DNA from: Heteronotia binoei
Taxonomy: Eukaryota
Direction of reading: 5' to 3'
NCBI RefSeq assembly: GCF_032191835.1
Contig: NC_083237.1
Span: 16,182,001-16,246,000 of the forward strand
Length of the DNA stretch: 64,000 nt
Notes under the pieces: generated by a model
Told to the model about the DNA's origin: nothing
The model's database searches: none
The model's input: only the letters and a program-made list of their open reading frames with translations
Shown: in pieces, positions 12,692 through 24,800 of the stretch
Position numbering within the stretch: position 1 is the first letter of the stretch
Layout: each line of letters starts with the position of its first letter
Made by a program: the position numbers and the translations under genes

Positions 12692-12989
12692 CAGTGGGAT
12701 CTTGTAGGTGCCAAGAATGGGTTCCATGTGGTGAAAGACACTCTCACTAGGTCCCCCAATGACAGCAATCAGATGGCTGTGGGTTGCACCACCACACTTG
12801 TAGTTCGGAATGAATCTGCCCAGCATGGAGAGAAGTTCCATGGATGCATGATAGGTCCTGCTTGCACTGAAATAGCTATTGTAGATGTTGAAGCCAAGGG
12901 TGATGTTAGGTAAGAGCTGGGGATTTTCATTGATCTCCTAAACAGCAAATACCAAAGCCAGGATATGCTGATAGTTTTGAGTCAATACT
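12692..12989 (-). pseudogene. V2R exon 2 with nonsense codon
   Basis: cag|a gta ttg act caa aac tat cag cat atc ctg gct ttg gta ttt gct gtt TAG gag atc aat gaa aat ccc cag; then [15 protein letters not shown]...GRFIPNYKC...KIPL|gtaag. Confidence 0.9.
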
Positions 12990-13207
12990 CTGCAGTGACA
13001 GTTACACATTGTGTTACATTGTATGAGCTTCAAAATACATCAGTAGCTACTTTTCAATTTAATATATAACTACTAGCAACAGTGCACTCAAATACGGCAT
13101 TTGCCCCCCAGGAAAGGAAAGCAGAAAATTCCCTTGGAAGGCATATCTAGATTTTTAAATTTCCCCCAAACCAGCGATCACATGCGAGCACAAAAACAGG
13201 TTACGGT

Positions 13208-14005
13208 ATGTATTGCCCCCCCAAGTTAGAATAAAGAGTCAGACTCAAGGTATAGGGTATAACTAAGGGCCACTTTATTAAAGTATAAGTAACAAACGGC
13301 AAGAGCTAACCGAAACTGTCTTGGTCAGGACCAGGGGTCTCAACAGACACCTCCCCTGCCGTTCCACAGTCGAGGGACCCAGCCTCCAGCCAAAGCTGTA
13401 CTTCACAGCTCCCGCCAGGTCAGCTCAGCAAGAAGGTAATCCCCAGAGGGTCTGTCCACTAGACACATGTCTCAATGGAAGGCACCCTCCAGTCGAGCCT
13501 TTAAGGATGGTCTGCATTCTCCCACCCCGGGTCATCAGACCCCAAGGTTGATCCTGCCAGACCCCTAACCCCCCAAGAGGGGATGCCTTCTGGTCCTCCC
13601 CTAGCCGCACAGTACCATAAGCACAGTAAAACCTGCCAAAACTAAAGTGACCAACCTATTTAACAGTGCCTCCCTATAGCCAAATCCACAATCCACTGAT
13701 CTGCTATGTAGGGTAGAGGAAAAAATACCAGCAGCAAACTGCCAATCAGCTGGGGAGCAAAAAATTCCTACCCGACCCCCCAATCCTATGAGGCGAGCAG
13801 CACTTGCCTACGTAACAAACAGGGTGGGAGGGAGGGCCGATCGTCTGTCGAAGACTGAGGTAGAGGGTGGATGGTGCTGCCGTTACAGCAGCAAGCTCCG
13901 CCCCCTCAGAATCACACCCAAACAGGCAGCAGAAGTCCTCCCTTTTCCTTCCAGGGAGGCAAAGACATCTCTGCAGCCAGGCAGCAAAGCTGCTGGCCGC
14001 TAGAG
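13208..14005 (-). mobile_element. Solo LTR-like / DIRS-Ngaro terminal repeat in V2R intron 1
   Basis: About 0.8 kb GC-rich insert. Reverse complement ends AATAAAGTGGCCC...tctttattctaacttGGGGGGCAA, the same terminal architecture as 2568-2633. Confidence 0.45.
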
Positions 14006-14048
14006 ATGAATTGTTTTATTTTCTTTTTTAAAAATGTTGATCACTCTC

Positions 14049-14450
14049 ATAAGAAGATCCCTGCTGGATCAGACTGATAGTCCATTTAGTCCAGCATCTT
14101 GTCTCACACAGTGATCAAGCAGTTCCTCTGAATGGCCAGCAATAGGACATAGAGGCTGAGGCCTGCCCCTGATGTGGCTCAGTGGCTCAGTGGTAGAGCA
14201 TCTGCTTGGGAAGCAGAAGGTCCCAGGTTCAATCCCTTGCATCTCCAAAAAAAGGGTCCAGGCAAATAGGTGTGAAAAACCTCAGCTTGAGACCCTGGAG
14301 AGCCGCTGCCAGTCTGAGAAGACAATACTGACTTTGATGGACCAAGGGTCTGATTCAGTAGAAGGCAGCTTCATATGTTCATATGTTGCCTCCTGGCTCT
14401 GAGATTCAGAGGCTTAGTGCCTCTGAATGTGAAGGTGTCACATTTGTTTC
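14049..14450 (-). mobile_element. CR1-type 3' UTR fragment interrupted by a SINE
   Basis: cataagaagatccctgctggatcaga...gtctcacacagtg resembles the CR1 tail; the flank cccctgatgt|tgcctcc is split by the SINE. Confidence 0.55.
14176..14387 (+). mobile_element. Young tRNA-derived SINE (Squam3-like)
   Basis: A box tggctcagtggtagagc, B box ggttcaatccc, tail catatgttcatatgtt. Near-identical to copies at 41211, 58047 and 60399. Confidence 0.9.
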
Positions 14451-14805
14451 TCTCCAGTCTTTTGATACAGCAACTGAATTTAGTGATAGGTTACATATAT
14501 AGTTAGTAGATCATATACAGGTTAGTAGATCAACGATCTCTTGCCTGAATTCTTAAGAACTCTAGGATGTATACCATCAGGACCTGGAGACCTGTTTATT
14601 AGATTTGCTGTGTTATTTATGTCAAGTCACGGTATGTTTATTCTGCAAAGTATGAATTTACGTAAAGCATATACATATAGTGTATCTAAAATGCATGTGA
14701 CTCAAAGTGTCCAATAGGTTGTGAAAGGGACAAGGAATAAAACTGTGGAACAAATGTTGAGCTCAGTGATTGACATTCATTCAACCCTGAAACCTAACTA
14801 CTTAC

Positions 14806-15071
14806 AAGTTCTCTTCAGCCACACTCTGGGAAGGATCGTTCTTGAACATGAACTGATTAAACGAGCTGTAGATCTGAGAAATAATGCCAGCTATGATGAA
14901 GTCCCCTGTCTGATAATACTTGTGAAGAATTGGAAGAGGGTTATGGATGGTGCATTGAACAACAGGAACATCACACACTGCCTGGGGCACAAGCACTAAC
15001 ACAAACACCACAAATGTCACTATCTTACTGGATAATCTTCCTCTTGGAGACCAGTCCGCCTGCTCCCACAT
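14806..15071 (-). pseudogene. V2R exon 1 (signal peptide, HKYYQTGDFIIAGII)
   Basis: 218 nt from the ATA at 15023, the same length as paralog exon 1. An upstream in-frame ATG lies at 15071-15069. Donor tt|gtaag. Confidence 0.88.
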
Positions 15072-15764
15072 TGTTATCTGAGTATCTGTTGGTATCACAA
15101 AGTTACTTAAATAACCATTGTCTTTACTGCTGTGAAGCCAAACAGTGATCAGCAGTCAGAGGAAGAAACACTTTATCTGCCTCCAGCTCTGGTAGGGAAT
15201 GCTACAATGAATATTAGTAGCATCTTTACCTTGTTACTGGCTGCTGGGATTTCTGAGGGAATTGGAGAAGTTGCAGAATGAATCTTAGTGAGATAGATAA
15301 TTGCAGGGGAGGTTACCAGCAACTCGGAATTATGAATTCTCTGTTGACGTTTCAGAAGAAAATATGGTTACTAATAGCTCGTCAGATGTCTTCTGTAAGG
15401 CTCAGTGGGACATCAATGTGCTTTCAGGGGAAGAAGAAAAAAAAAACAGTGCACAAAATCTATGATACAGATTTGCTTTAGCGTGTGTCCCATAATGGGC
15501 TAGTTTCCCCTCTCCACCAAGGAAAAAAAAACCCAGAATACATGAAAATGTTAGTTATCAAAGAGAAAAAAAAGGGGGGGGGGTTTAAAGCGTATTTGCC
15601 ACATTTCTAAGCCCCTTTTATTAAAAGCTCCTTAAAGTGTAGAATGTAGAAACTGAAGTTGTTGACTCAGCATGCAACTGCAATAAAAAAAGGCAAATGC
15701 TATGCAGGGAATTGAAGGGGATTGAAAAAAACTTGTCAGTATCATAACACTTTTGTATAAATCT

Positions 15765-16130
15765 ATTGTACAGCCTCCTTTGGAGTGTACAGTTCTGGTC
15801 GCTACACCTTAAAAATGATGTTATAGTACCAGAAAAAGTGCAGGAAAGGGCAACTAAAATGATTAAGGGAATGGAACACCTTCCCTATGAAGAAAGATTC
15901 AAGAGGTCTGGAGGAACAACAAGTGAGGGCTGACAAAATAGAAATTTGCAAAATTTTGCATGGGATGGAGAAGGTAGAGAAAGAAGTACTTTTCTCTTTC
16001 TCACAATACAAGAACTTACGGGCACTCAATGAAATGAATGAGCAGTTCGTTTAGAACAGATACAAGAAAGCACTTCTTCACCCCCCCCCCCAAAAAAAAT
16101 AACTAACATGTGAAATTCACTGCCCACATC
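15765..16130 (+). mobile_element. CR1 ORF2 3' fragment, degraded
   Basis: cagttctggtcgc...caccttccctatgaagaaag...gagaaagaagtacttttctc aligns with the C-terminal part of the CR1 ORF2 at 35494-35950. Confidence 0.85.
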
Positions 16131-16549
16131 TGATCACCTCAATTGAACATGGTAAGAGCAATGTTGAACATGGAAAGGACTGTGTGGAACACACTGGATA
16201 CAAAATTCACAGCATCCTTATTTATTTATTTATTACGTTCGACTTATATCCTGCCCTCTCTGCAAGCGGACTCAGAATTCCTTATCCTTTTGTTTTTAAT
16301 AAATGGGAGTGTGAATATAGTGCAGTCATTGTTGGAACTCCAAATACAAAATAATCACTGGAGTAAGGCAACACTTTAGAAAAATAACAAAGTATCTATA
16401 TTACAAAAAGTCAAGATAAACAAATAACATACACGCAGCTACAAAAAGTCCATTCGCAAAAGATAGCTTTTGTTGTTCCATGGGTTTATGTCTCCTTTGC
16501 AGTGAGAAAAGATAGGACATTTTGTTCGTTCAACTGATGCTTACACTGG

Positions 16550-18120
16550 GGCTCTGTGGAAATATTACATATTATCTGCTCCCTTTTGTTCAGATCAGGT
16601 CTCAACAGAGTGATGTAGCATTTTGGGGGAAAAAACACAACTCAAGACTCCCGAGCTGGATGCCAAGATGGAGAAGATCTCCACGGTTACCATATACTTT
16701 CCCTTTGTGCTCAAGTAGGTGAGAACAAAGGACAGCCAAACTATACAGAACAGCAGCATGCTGAAGGTAATAGATATGGCTTCATGGAAAGAGTCTGGTA
16801 ACTTCCTGGCAAAGAAAGCCACAACAAAATTGCTGATGACCAGCAAGCCCATATATCGCAGGACACAATAAAGCATGGTGACATCCCCTTCATTACATTG
16901 TACTAGGATTGCTCCCCTTATTGAGTGCATATCAAGATCAGGGAACAGAGGAAATTTGGCCAGCCAGATGCTGCAAAGAGTGGCCTGAATAAGGGAACGG
17001 AAAAGAACAATGGAGGTTGCCTGTTTTTCCCCCACCTATGACCCATTGTCTCATACTGGATCCTGGCTTGGTAGCAACAAATGCAAGAGCCGCAATGATT
17101 GTTTTAGCCAACATACAAGAAACTGCCACTGTGAAGATAATGCCAAATGTCGTTTGTCGAAGGAGAAATGTCACCTTCTTGGGGCGTCCAATGAACAGTA
17201 GAGCACAAAGGAAGCAGAAGAAGAGGGAGATGAGGAGAGTGTAGGAGAGATTCCGGTTATTGACTTTGATGATGGGTGTGTTGTGGTATTTCATGAATAT
17301 TCCCAGCACCAGAAGTGGGATGGAAGAAAAGGAAAAGAAAAAAATGGTCAAACTGGTCCCCAAAGGTTCTTCATAAGACAAAAAGGTTACAACTTTTGGA
17401 ATGCACAGGTTCTGTTTTTCATTTGGATAATGATCTTCCAGACATTGAAAGCAACCTCTTATATCTGGAAAATAAAACATTTTTTTCTTTTGAAGATATA
17501 TACTTGGTAGACTTATAGAGAGAGATTATTTCATCAATTACAAGTCTCTGGATAAATGTTCCTAAGACAAACCCAGATAAACACATTTATGCACTCTTCT
17601 CTGAAATTATATTTTCTGTAGCAGGGGAGGCCAACGGTAGCTCTCCAGATGTTTTTTGCCTACAACTCCCATCAGCCCCAGCCATTGGCCATGCTGGCTG
17701 GGGCTGATGGGAGTTGTAGGCAAAAAACATCTGGAGAGCTACCGTTGACCACCCCTGTTCTAGAGGATGAGCCAAGATCATCCAATGTTTTAGGATCCAT
17801 GCAATTAAGACTCTCTTGAGAATTAATCTTTTCTCGCTGTGAATAATAATTACACCTGTCTTGTCAGGATATAGTAATATTTGGTTGGTTCATTCAAATG
17901 ATCAAGCTTATATGTAGGATTTTATACCCATCATCAATGCTTTCATCAGACTTATCAGCAATCACCACTAATTTGTGGATAAAACATTAAGTGGAGAGCG
18001 TATATCTCCAAGTGTATAATCACTGTCAATAAATTGCATGAGCATTATACATGATATGTCTTACCACTTTGGTCTGAAATCTTCCCTTCTGGACATGGAT
18101 GGCAATCATAGCAGCAAAAT
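16550..18120 (-). pseudogene. V2R relic: 3' half of exon 5 (18120-18065) plus frameshifted exon 6 (17464 to about 16550)
   Basis: FCCYDCHPCPEGKISDQS|gtaag, then acceptor ttccag|at and [15 protein letters not shown]...[13 protein letters not shown]. Frameshifts near 17035 and 16625. Exons 1-4 are missing. Confidence 0.9.
17622..17757. mobile_element. Palindromic hAT-type MITE
   Basis: Near-perfect 136-nt hairpin, cagggg(a/t)ggccaacggtagctctccagatg... Flanked by ttctgtag/ttctagag, an imperfect 8-bp TSD. Confidence 0.8.
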
Positions 18121-19073
18121 ATGCCACTTGAGCTGGGGAAGACGGCACAATTCTACCCACCCTTCCTCATCTCTGGGCTTACAATGCCAAAGCTGCAACT
18201 GGGTGCCTTTTCCAGGTGCCTATTTTCTTTTGCCACCCACCTAATCTCAGAAGGCGGGGCACCCAAAGCAGAGCAACCAAAGATTAATATGATGGCTGAG
18301 TTCATAAGACAGTAGATCCCTCACCATTTGTGTGTGAAGTGCCAATTAGTTGCAGCCAACTTATTCCAACTTCAGCAAGGGGCTTTCTAGGCAAGTGAAG
18401 AGCAGAGGTGATTTGCCATGGCCTTTCTGTGCAGAGTCTTCCTTACTGTTCTCCCATCCAAATACCAACTTTCCAAGATCTGACAAAATTGGGCTATTCC
18501 ATGCTGCTTTTCCCTCCCAATTCCCAAACATTACAAAGTTTTCAAGGGTCAGCACCAGCACCCTGAATTGTGTCTAGTTGAGAGCCAGTGTAGTAAAGCA
18601 GATAGATTTTGCTACACCAGCCTGAAGGAATCTAAAGCCGGGACAGTACAGGACCAAGGGCCTTATGAAGCCCAGCTAATGGACTTCTCTCAGGGATTTT
18701 CCTGCTGATTTGAAAGGCAGTTTGTTCCAGATGGCTTTGGTCAGATCTGATCCAGTCCAATGCTGGTCCTAGTGGATAGGGCCCTGAAGAATGGCATGTC
18801 TATAAGAGGACAGCAAGAGACACATGTGTTTCTCATGATACACAGCATAAGGAACATGACATTGAGACTAGCGACAAAAGAGTGGAAATGACATCCCCAT
18901 GACTGTGACAATATTAAATTAAATTATTTAATGTTTAAAAACGGACAATGTTTTCACCTTATTGTTCCCCCAACCTGTGCACTGCCTCAAACGGCAACAC
19001 ACAGAGAAGATCTTGGAAACACTGTGGTGCATGGACACAGTTTTCAAGCACAACCAACAATAAAGGACATGTA

Positions 19074-19199
19074 TTAATCTTCCCACCCCTTTATTATCTT
19101 CTCCCTTTTGTTCAGATCAGGCCTTATCATAGTGATGTAGAATTTGGGGTGAAAGACACAACTGAGTACTCCAGCACTTCAAGCCATGATGGAGAAGAT
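19074..19199 (-). pseudogene. V2R exon-6 3' relic (TM7/C-tail); copy at 43540-43665
   Basis: IFSIMA(*/C)[29 protein letters not shown]; cut by the CR1 fragment. Confidence 0.85.
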
Positions 19200-20260
19200 G
19201 GTCACAGAACCTACCAGGGGTGGGGCAATCCTAGATTTGGTCCTAAGTAATGCCCAAGACTTGGTAAAGGATGTAAAAGTGAGCAGTAACTTGGGAACAG
19301 TAACCATAATGTTATTGATTTCACCATTTGTATAAATAGGGAGTTGCCCCAAAAGACCAGCACAACCACGTTTAACTTTAAAAGGGGTAAATTATTTGAG
19401 ATGAGGAGGCATGTGAAGAGGAAATTGAAAGGAAAGGTAAATACAGTCAAAACCCATGGGGAAGCTTGGAGGCTATTTAAACAACAGTCCTAGCAGCTCA
19501 GATAAAATATATACCACAAGTTAGGAAAGGCACAAACAGGTATAAGAAAAAGCCTGCATGGTTAACAAACAAAGTAATGGAAGCTGTAAAAGGTAAGAAG
19601 GACTCCTTTAAGTGGTGGAAAGCTAGTCCAAGTGAGATTAATAAAAGGGAACACAGGCTGTGGCAAATCAAATGCAAGACTGTGATCAGGCAGGCAAAAA
19701 GGGACTATGAGGAGCATATTGCAAAAAACATAAAGACCAACAATAAAAATTTCTTCAAATTTATTAGAAGCAGGAAACCAGCCAGGGAGGCAGGGGGGTC
19801 CTTGGATGACCAAGGGGTAAAAGGATTACTGAAGGGGGATAGGGAAATGGCTGGGAAGCTGAATGCATTTTTTGCCTCTGTCTTTACTGTGGAAGATGAG
19901 AAGAGTTTGCCCGCTCCAGAACCACTAATTTTGAAAGGGGTGTTGAAAGACCTGAGTCAGATTGAGGTGACAAAAGAGGAGGTCCTACAACTGATTGATG
20001 AATTAAAAACTAATAAGTCACCAGGTCTGGATGGAATACACCCAAGACTTCTGAAAGAACTCAAAGTTGAACTTGTGGATCTCCTGACAAAAATATGTAG
20101 TCTTTCATTGAAATCTGCCTCCATTCCTGAGGCCTGGAAGGTAGCAAATGTCACCCCTATCTTTAAAAAGGGTTCCAGAGGAGATCTGGGAAACTACAGG
20201 CCAGTCAGTCTGACTTCAATACCGGGAAAGTTGGTAGATACCATTATCAAGGACAGAATG
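19200..20260 (+). mobile_element. CR1 ORF2 internal fragment (endonuclease end to start of RT), truncated at both ends
   Basis: ORF 19577-20293 is nearly identical in protein to ORF2 at 35494-37872 up to IIKDRM. Begins at atggtcacagaacctaccaggggtgggg. Confidence 0.92.
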
Positions 20261-20767
20261 TGTTTAAACAATTTTATTGATACCATATGGTAACAATATC
20301 CATTTAAATCATTGCTATCCCTAACCCATATGATATTTTCTAATCCCCCCTCCCTCTGTTTCTAGACTCCTGCCAAAGTTATGTACTTAAAGTTCACTTA
20401 TAAAGGTACCTTTAACGATAACAATCTAAATTCATATTCTACCCTTATTATAGTGCCTCATTTTACCACAGATTTTTGGTGATTGTTAGAGCTATTCTTG
20501 TCTCTTCCAGGAATTATAAAAATCACCAGGAACTCTATGGTCAGAACTTATGGTAAGCAGCCAAGACCTTGTGTTTCATTTTTCATTTTTTTCAGAAGAC
20601 TCCCCCCCCCCCCGCCACACACACACACCCTTACTGGTCATCTGGCAACCCTAGAAACAGGCACAGTTTGAAATACAGAAGGTTTTATGATGTCACTAAA
20701 AATGATGCCTTGTTTTCCAGGTTCCCTTTCTCTCTGTTGTTCCGTTGTTACAAATATGTGTACAACT

Positions 20768-21225
20768 GAATTTAATTTAATTTAATTTAATTTAATTTAA
20801 TTTGCAATTTATACCCCACCATATCCCACAAGGCAGGCTCAGGGTGGCTTACAACATCAAAACATTGCAATAACAACAAATAAAACATATCCAATTAAAC
20901 ACAACAAATTTAAAATATCTCATAAACATAATACATAAAATAGAGAGTCATAACTCCAATAATAGTCCAGCCAAAGGCCATAGTTCAGCAGTTGATATGA
21001 CTTCAGCTAGTTAACACCACTTAGCACAGCTTCAGGTCATTGACACTACTTAAGGTTGTATCTCTCACTCTTGACCAACTCAAGAACATGGATAGTAAAG
21101 CCCTGGGGGAAGGTTTCAGATGATGCCTGGTAGATTAAAAGCCTGATGGAAGAGCTCTGTTTTACAGGCCCTGCGAAATTTAGGTAAATCCCACAGGGCC
21201 CGGATCTCTAATGGGAGCTCATTGT
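20768..21225 (-). mobile_element. L2-type LINE 3' fragment with (TTTAA)n tail; copy at about 46684-47130
   Basis: ggcaggctcagggtggct and caggccctgcgaa...cacagggcccg resemble the 3' end of the L2 at 43836-44160. Confidence 0.6.
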
Positions 21226-21249
21226 TCCCTGAAGAGATTCTGAGAACAG

Positions 21250-21616
21250 GTCTACTAAAATGTAGTCAACATATTTTCTTTGGCAAAGTTGCAGAAAATC
21301 TATCACCTGAGTAAGTCAATTACCTTCCCTGTAATCAGCATATTCATCATCAACACTTCTACTTATTCTCTCCATCTCTTGGGAGTTTAAGTGATCATGG
21401 GGGCGGGGGGGCGGGGTACGATATTGTTGTTCCCTCTTCCATCAACAGCTGGAAAGAAAGACAGAGAGGGGCTGTCTGTTCACTGATATTTTACACTTGT
21501 ACTGTCCTGACTTTGATTCAGTCTAGTGAGTGTGCCTTCCATCTCAAGATGTTCTAAGGGGTGTTTGAATATTAACAAGAGAACAGATGAATCGGTGTCT
21601 CTGATTTTCATGGAAG
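21250..21616 (+). promoter_or_regulatory. Putative V2R proximal promoter/5' UTR, conserved among paralogs
   Basis: Homologous blocks lie upstream of the start at 47515, 41558, 60746 and, more weakly, 15023 (-). Includes a GGGGCGGGG box at about 21398-21416. Function is inferred only. Confidence 0.4.
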
Positions 21617-21834
21617 ATGGTGTTATTTCTCACTTCTATGTCAGTTTTGCTGGTGCAGGCGGTGTGCAAATCTCCACCTGTTCAATGCCTCACTAGTAAG
21701 CCACTTCCTATTGTTCACAAGTACTATCAATCAGGAGACCTTCTCATTGCTGGCATTGTTTCTCAAGCATTTCAGTTGTCAGATATTGTGACATTTACAG
21801 CACATCCTTCTTCCAGTTTCTCGGATGAAGTCAT
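21617..21834 (+). CDS. V2R-A exon 1
   Basis: [17 protein letters not shown]...[17 protein letters not shown]; donor at|gtaag. Confidence 0.9.
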
Positions 21835-24800
21835 GTAAGAATGATTTTTTCCCCACAGTATTGCTTTATTGTACTCTGTGTATTGTAATGGAAGGCTAAA
21901 TGTGAGCTATGATATTCATGGGCTCCCTCCCAATAAATCTTCATCTTAAACTGCATGGGTTTCATTAGAAAACAAATAGTATCTTCTGCGTTTTATGCCC
22001 ACATGAAAAGAACAACAACAAACTTTTGTAGAACTCTAAAATTTACTGTTGCATTAACACTGGAATTTTCTGCCTGATTCAAGGATCCATCCATCTGTAG
22101 AATACACTTTCACTGGATGATATTCCATTGTTAGGGCCATGGCTCAGTGGTAAAGCATTTGCTTTGCATGCAGAAGGTTGGAGGTTCGATCTTTGGCATA
22201 TCCAGTTGAAAAATCTGGCCATATGAGATGTGAAGGACCTCTGCCAGAGACACTGATGAGCTACTGCCAATTTGAGTAGACAATACTAATTTTGATGGAC
22301 CAAGGGTCTGATTCAATATAAGATTCATCATGTGTACCTGTTTCTCAAATGTAAGCTTCCTAAATTGTATGGAACCAGCCTCTCCATTTTGACTCCCCTC
22401 ATGAGCATTTCTATAGGATATTGAACACAAGAAAGAATATACCCCCTACACTAACACAACAGAATGAGACTGCACTAATAATTTATAGCAGGGCTTTTGT
22501 TGTAGCAGGAACTCCTTTGCATTTTAAGCCACACACCCCTGATGCAGCCAATCCTCCAAGAGATTTACAGTAGGCCCTGTAAGAACAGCCCTGTAAACTC
22601 TTGGAGGATTGGCAACATTAGGGGTGTGTGGCTTAAAATGCAAAGGAGTTCCTGCTACAACAAAAGCCCTAAGTTGAACCTATTGCCAATGAGTATGTAT
22701 GCTAACAATCTGTTCCACTGTTGAACTGATATTTTGAGGTCAGCTAAGGGACCGCTCATAGTTACCAGGCCTCAGGGCTATAGGATTTGATTTCCTTGAG
22801 TTCATTTTGTAAAGTGATGTTGCACTGAAATGCATTAAATGTTATCATTTGAACTGAACTTGCTGTAATGCAGCATCTCACTCTCTTTGCAGAGTAATGC
22901 CTCAGCTTTACCAGAACATCCTGGCTTTGGTGTTTGCTGTAAAAGAGATCAATGAAAATCCTCAACTCTTACCCAACATCACGTTGGGTATCCACACCTA
23001 TAATAACTATTTTAGTCCAAGCTTGACCTATCACGCTGCAATGGAACTTCTCTCCACAAAGGGGAGGTTCATTCCTAACTACAAGTGCAACCACCAGAAC
23101 AACTTAGTGGCAGTTTTGGGGGGACCAAGCTCTAATATGTGTATCTACTTGGCAGAAATTCTGGGCATCTTCAAGATTCCACAGGTAAAATGGCCTCATG
23201 GTTCAATGAATGATAAGAAGCCTTCAACATTTCCTTGGTCTCAGAGTCTGAAGGTAGAAATTGGCTCATTGAAATACCAGAGACACATCCTGCATGATGG
23301 CCAAGGAAAATATTAGAGATAGGTCATTTAGTACCGAGAGACAAAATAATTCATGTGTATTGGTTTGTCTATGCAGACGGTAATTGCTGTGATACTGGAA
23401 AACATTTCCACCATCTCTTAGACCAAGTTATTGTGGAAGTGACTAAAGCATATTCTTCAACACTATCACTTGAAGCGTTTTCTGGTTTTTGGCATGCAGA
23501 ATCTTGTTTCCCTTTTTTAAGTAGTGATCAGAGTTAGGAGAGGGACGGTGGCTCAGGGGAGGGATGGTGGCTCAGTGGTAGAGCATCTGCTTGGTAAGCA
23601 GAAGGTCCCAGGTTCAATCTCCGGCATCTCCAACTAAAAAGGGTCCAGGCAAGTATGTATGAAAAACCTCAGCTTGAGACCCTGGAGAGCCGCTGCCAGT
23701 CTGAGTAGACAAGACTGACTTTGATGGACCAAGGGTCTGATTCAGTATAAGGCAGCTTCGTATCTTCATACAGCTGGTGGGCAGTAGTTAAGCATGCAAA
23801 CTTATATGCTTAACCACTGCATGCTTAACCTCTGTCCACCAGCTTTTTGTAACTCTGATCACTGTACCCCATTTCATTGTCTGATGAAGTGTGCATGCCC
23901 ATGGCAGCTTACATTCTGAATAAAACTTTGTTGGTCTTAAAGGTGTTACTGGACTCCCACTTGAACATATGAACATATGAAGCTGCCTTATACTGAATCA
24001 GACCTTTGGTCCATCAATGTCAGCATTGTCTTCTCAGACTGGCAGCGGCTCTCCAGGGTCTCAAGCTGAGGTTTCTCACACCTATTTGCCTGGACCCTTT
24101 TTTTGGAGATGCCAGGGATTGAACCTGGGACCTTCTGCTTCCCACTTGGTTCTATTGCTTCAGACCGACGCGGCTGCTTCCCACTTGGTTCTATTGCTTC
24201 AGACCGACGCGGCTGCCCACCTGGACCTGTTTTAGTAGTATATCATAAAGGACAGCCTAAGTTTCTCTTTACCCATGTATGTTTTTATCAAGTGAAAATT
24301 TCACGTAATATTCTGAACTGCCACCATGTCCATACTACTCCCTTCCCTCTCCCTATTGATGTTGTAGGTGGCCCAATGCAAGCAAAATAGAAACACTTGT
24401 TGAACCAATAACCTGCTCTTTCTTTACAGACTCATATTGCTTTTAATGATCTTGTATGCTTTTACAGTTCAGTGCATTCATATCATAACTGATTCATGGA
24501 GACCACAGGACTATGAGTTTTTTCAAAGCAAGAGATGAGCAGAGGTGGTTGCCTGTCTCATCTAAGAGTTCTCCTAGACATTCATTGCTATAAAACGAAG
24601 ACCATCGTTCTTTTTAGCCAGATGCAAAAGCTTCTATTGAGAATTATTCTAACTCGATGCCAGATCTTCTTATTTCCAGCAAAAAAGCTCTAGTAGTAGG
24701 AGTAAGATATGATTTTTATACGTTAATTTCTTAAGCAAATGTTTCCCACCCCCCAGCTTTAAGCTGGAGCTAACATGGATCACATTACAATACCATTGTA

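Larger units (their letters stand above)
6174..15071 (-). pseudogene. V2R vomeronasal type-2 receptor gene, six exons, premature stop in exon 2
   Basis: Exons 15023(15071)-14806, 12989-12692, 11209-10355, 10003-9776, 7698-7572, 7075-6174, all GT-AG and in phase. In-frame TAG at 12940-12938 (FAV*EIN vs FAVKEIN in paralogs). The family start aagATGGTG reads aagATAGTG (15023-15021). Confidence 0.9.
23526..24225 (+). mobile_element. Penelope-like element end (pseudo-LTR) with inverted 5' segment, interrupted by two SINEs; uninterrupted copy at 49423-49661
   Basis: ctgatgaagtgtgc...aataaaactttgttggtcttaaaggtg...cagacc(g/a)acacggct-like tail. In copy B it is preceded by a perfect 25-bp inverted repeat (49423-49447 / 49496-49520). 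Confidence 0.65.

Noticed and set aside
14176-14250. tRNA-like sequences (also at 23550, 41211, 58190, 60399)
   Set aside because: They are SINE heads, each followed by the same SINE body and tail; they lack a proper acceptor stem and terminator.
18121-18577. Short ORFs conserved in both copies (MPLELGK..., MQP(T/S)YSN..., also MFSPYCSP... at 18948/43414)
   Set aside because: Conservation is expected from the recency of the duplication; no recognisable domain or splice context.
23881-23910. Functional hammerhead ribozyme
   Set aside because: The GAAA half of the catalytic core and stem II are mutated in both copies; kept only as a fossil finding.
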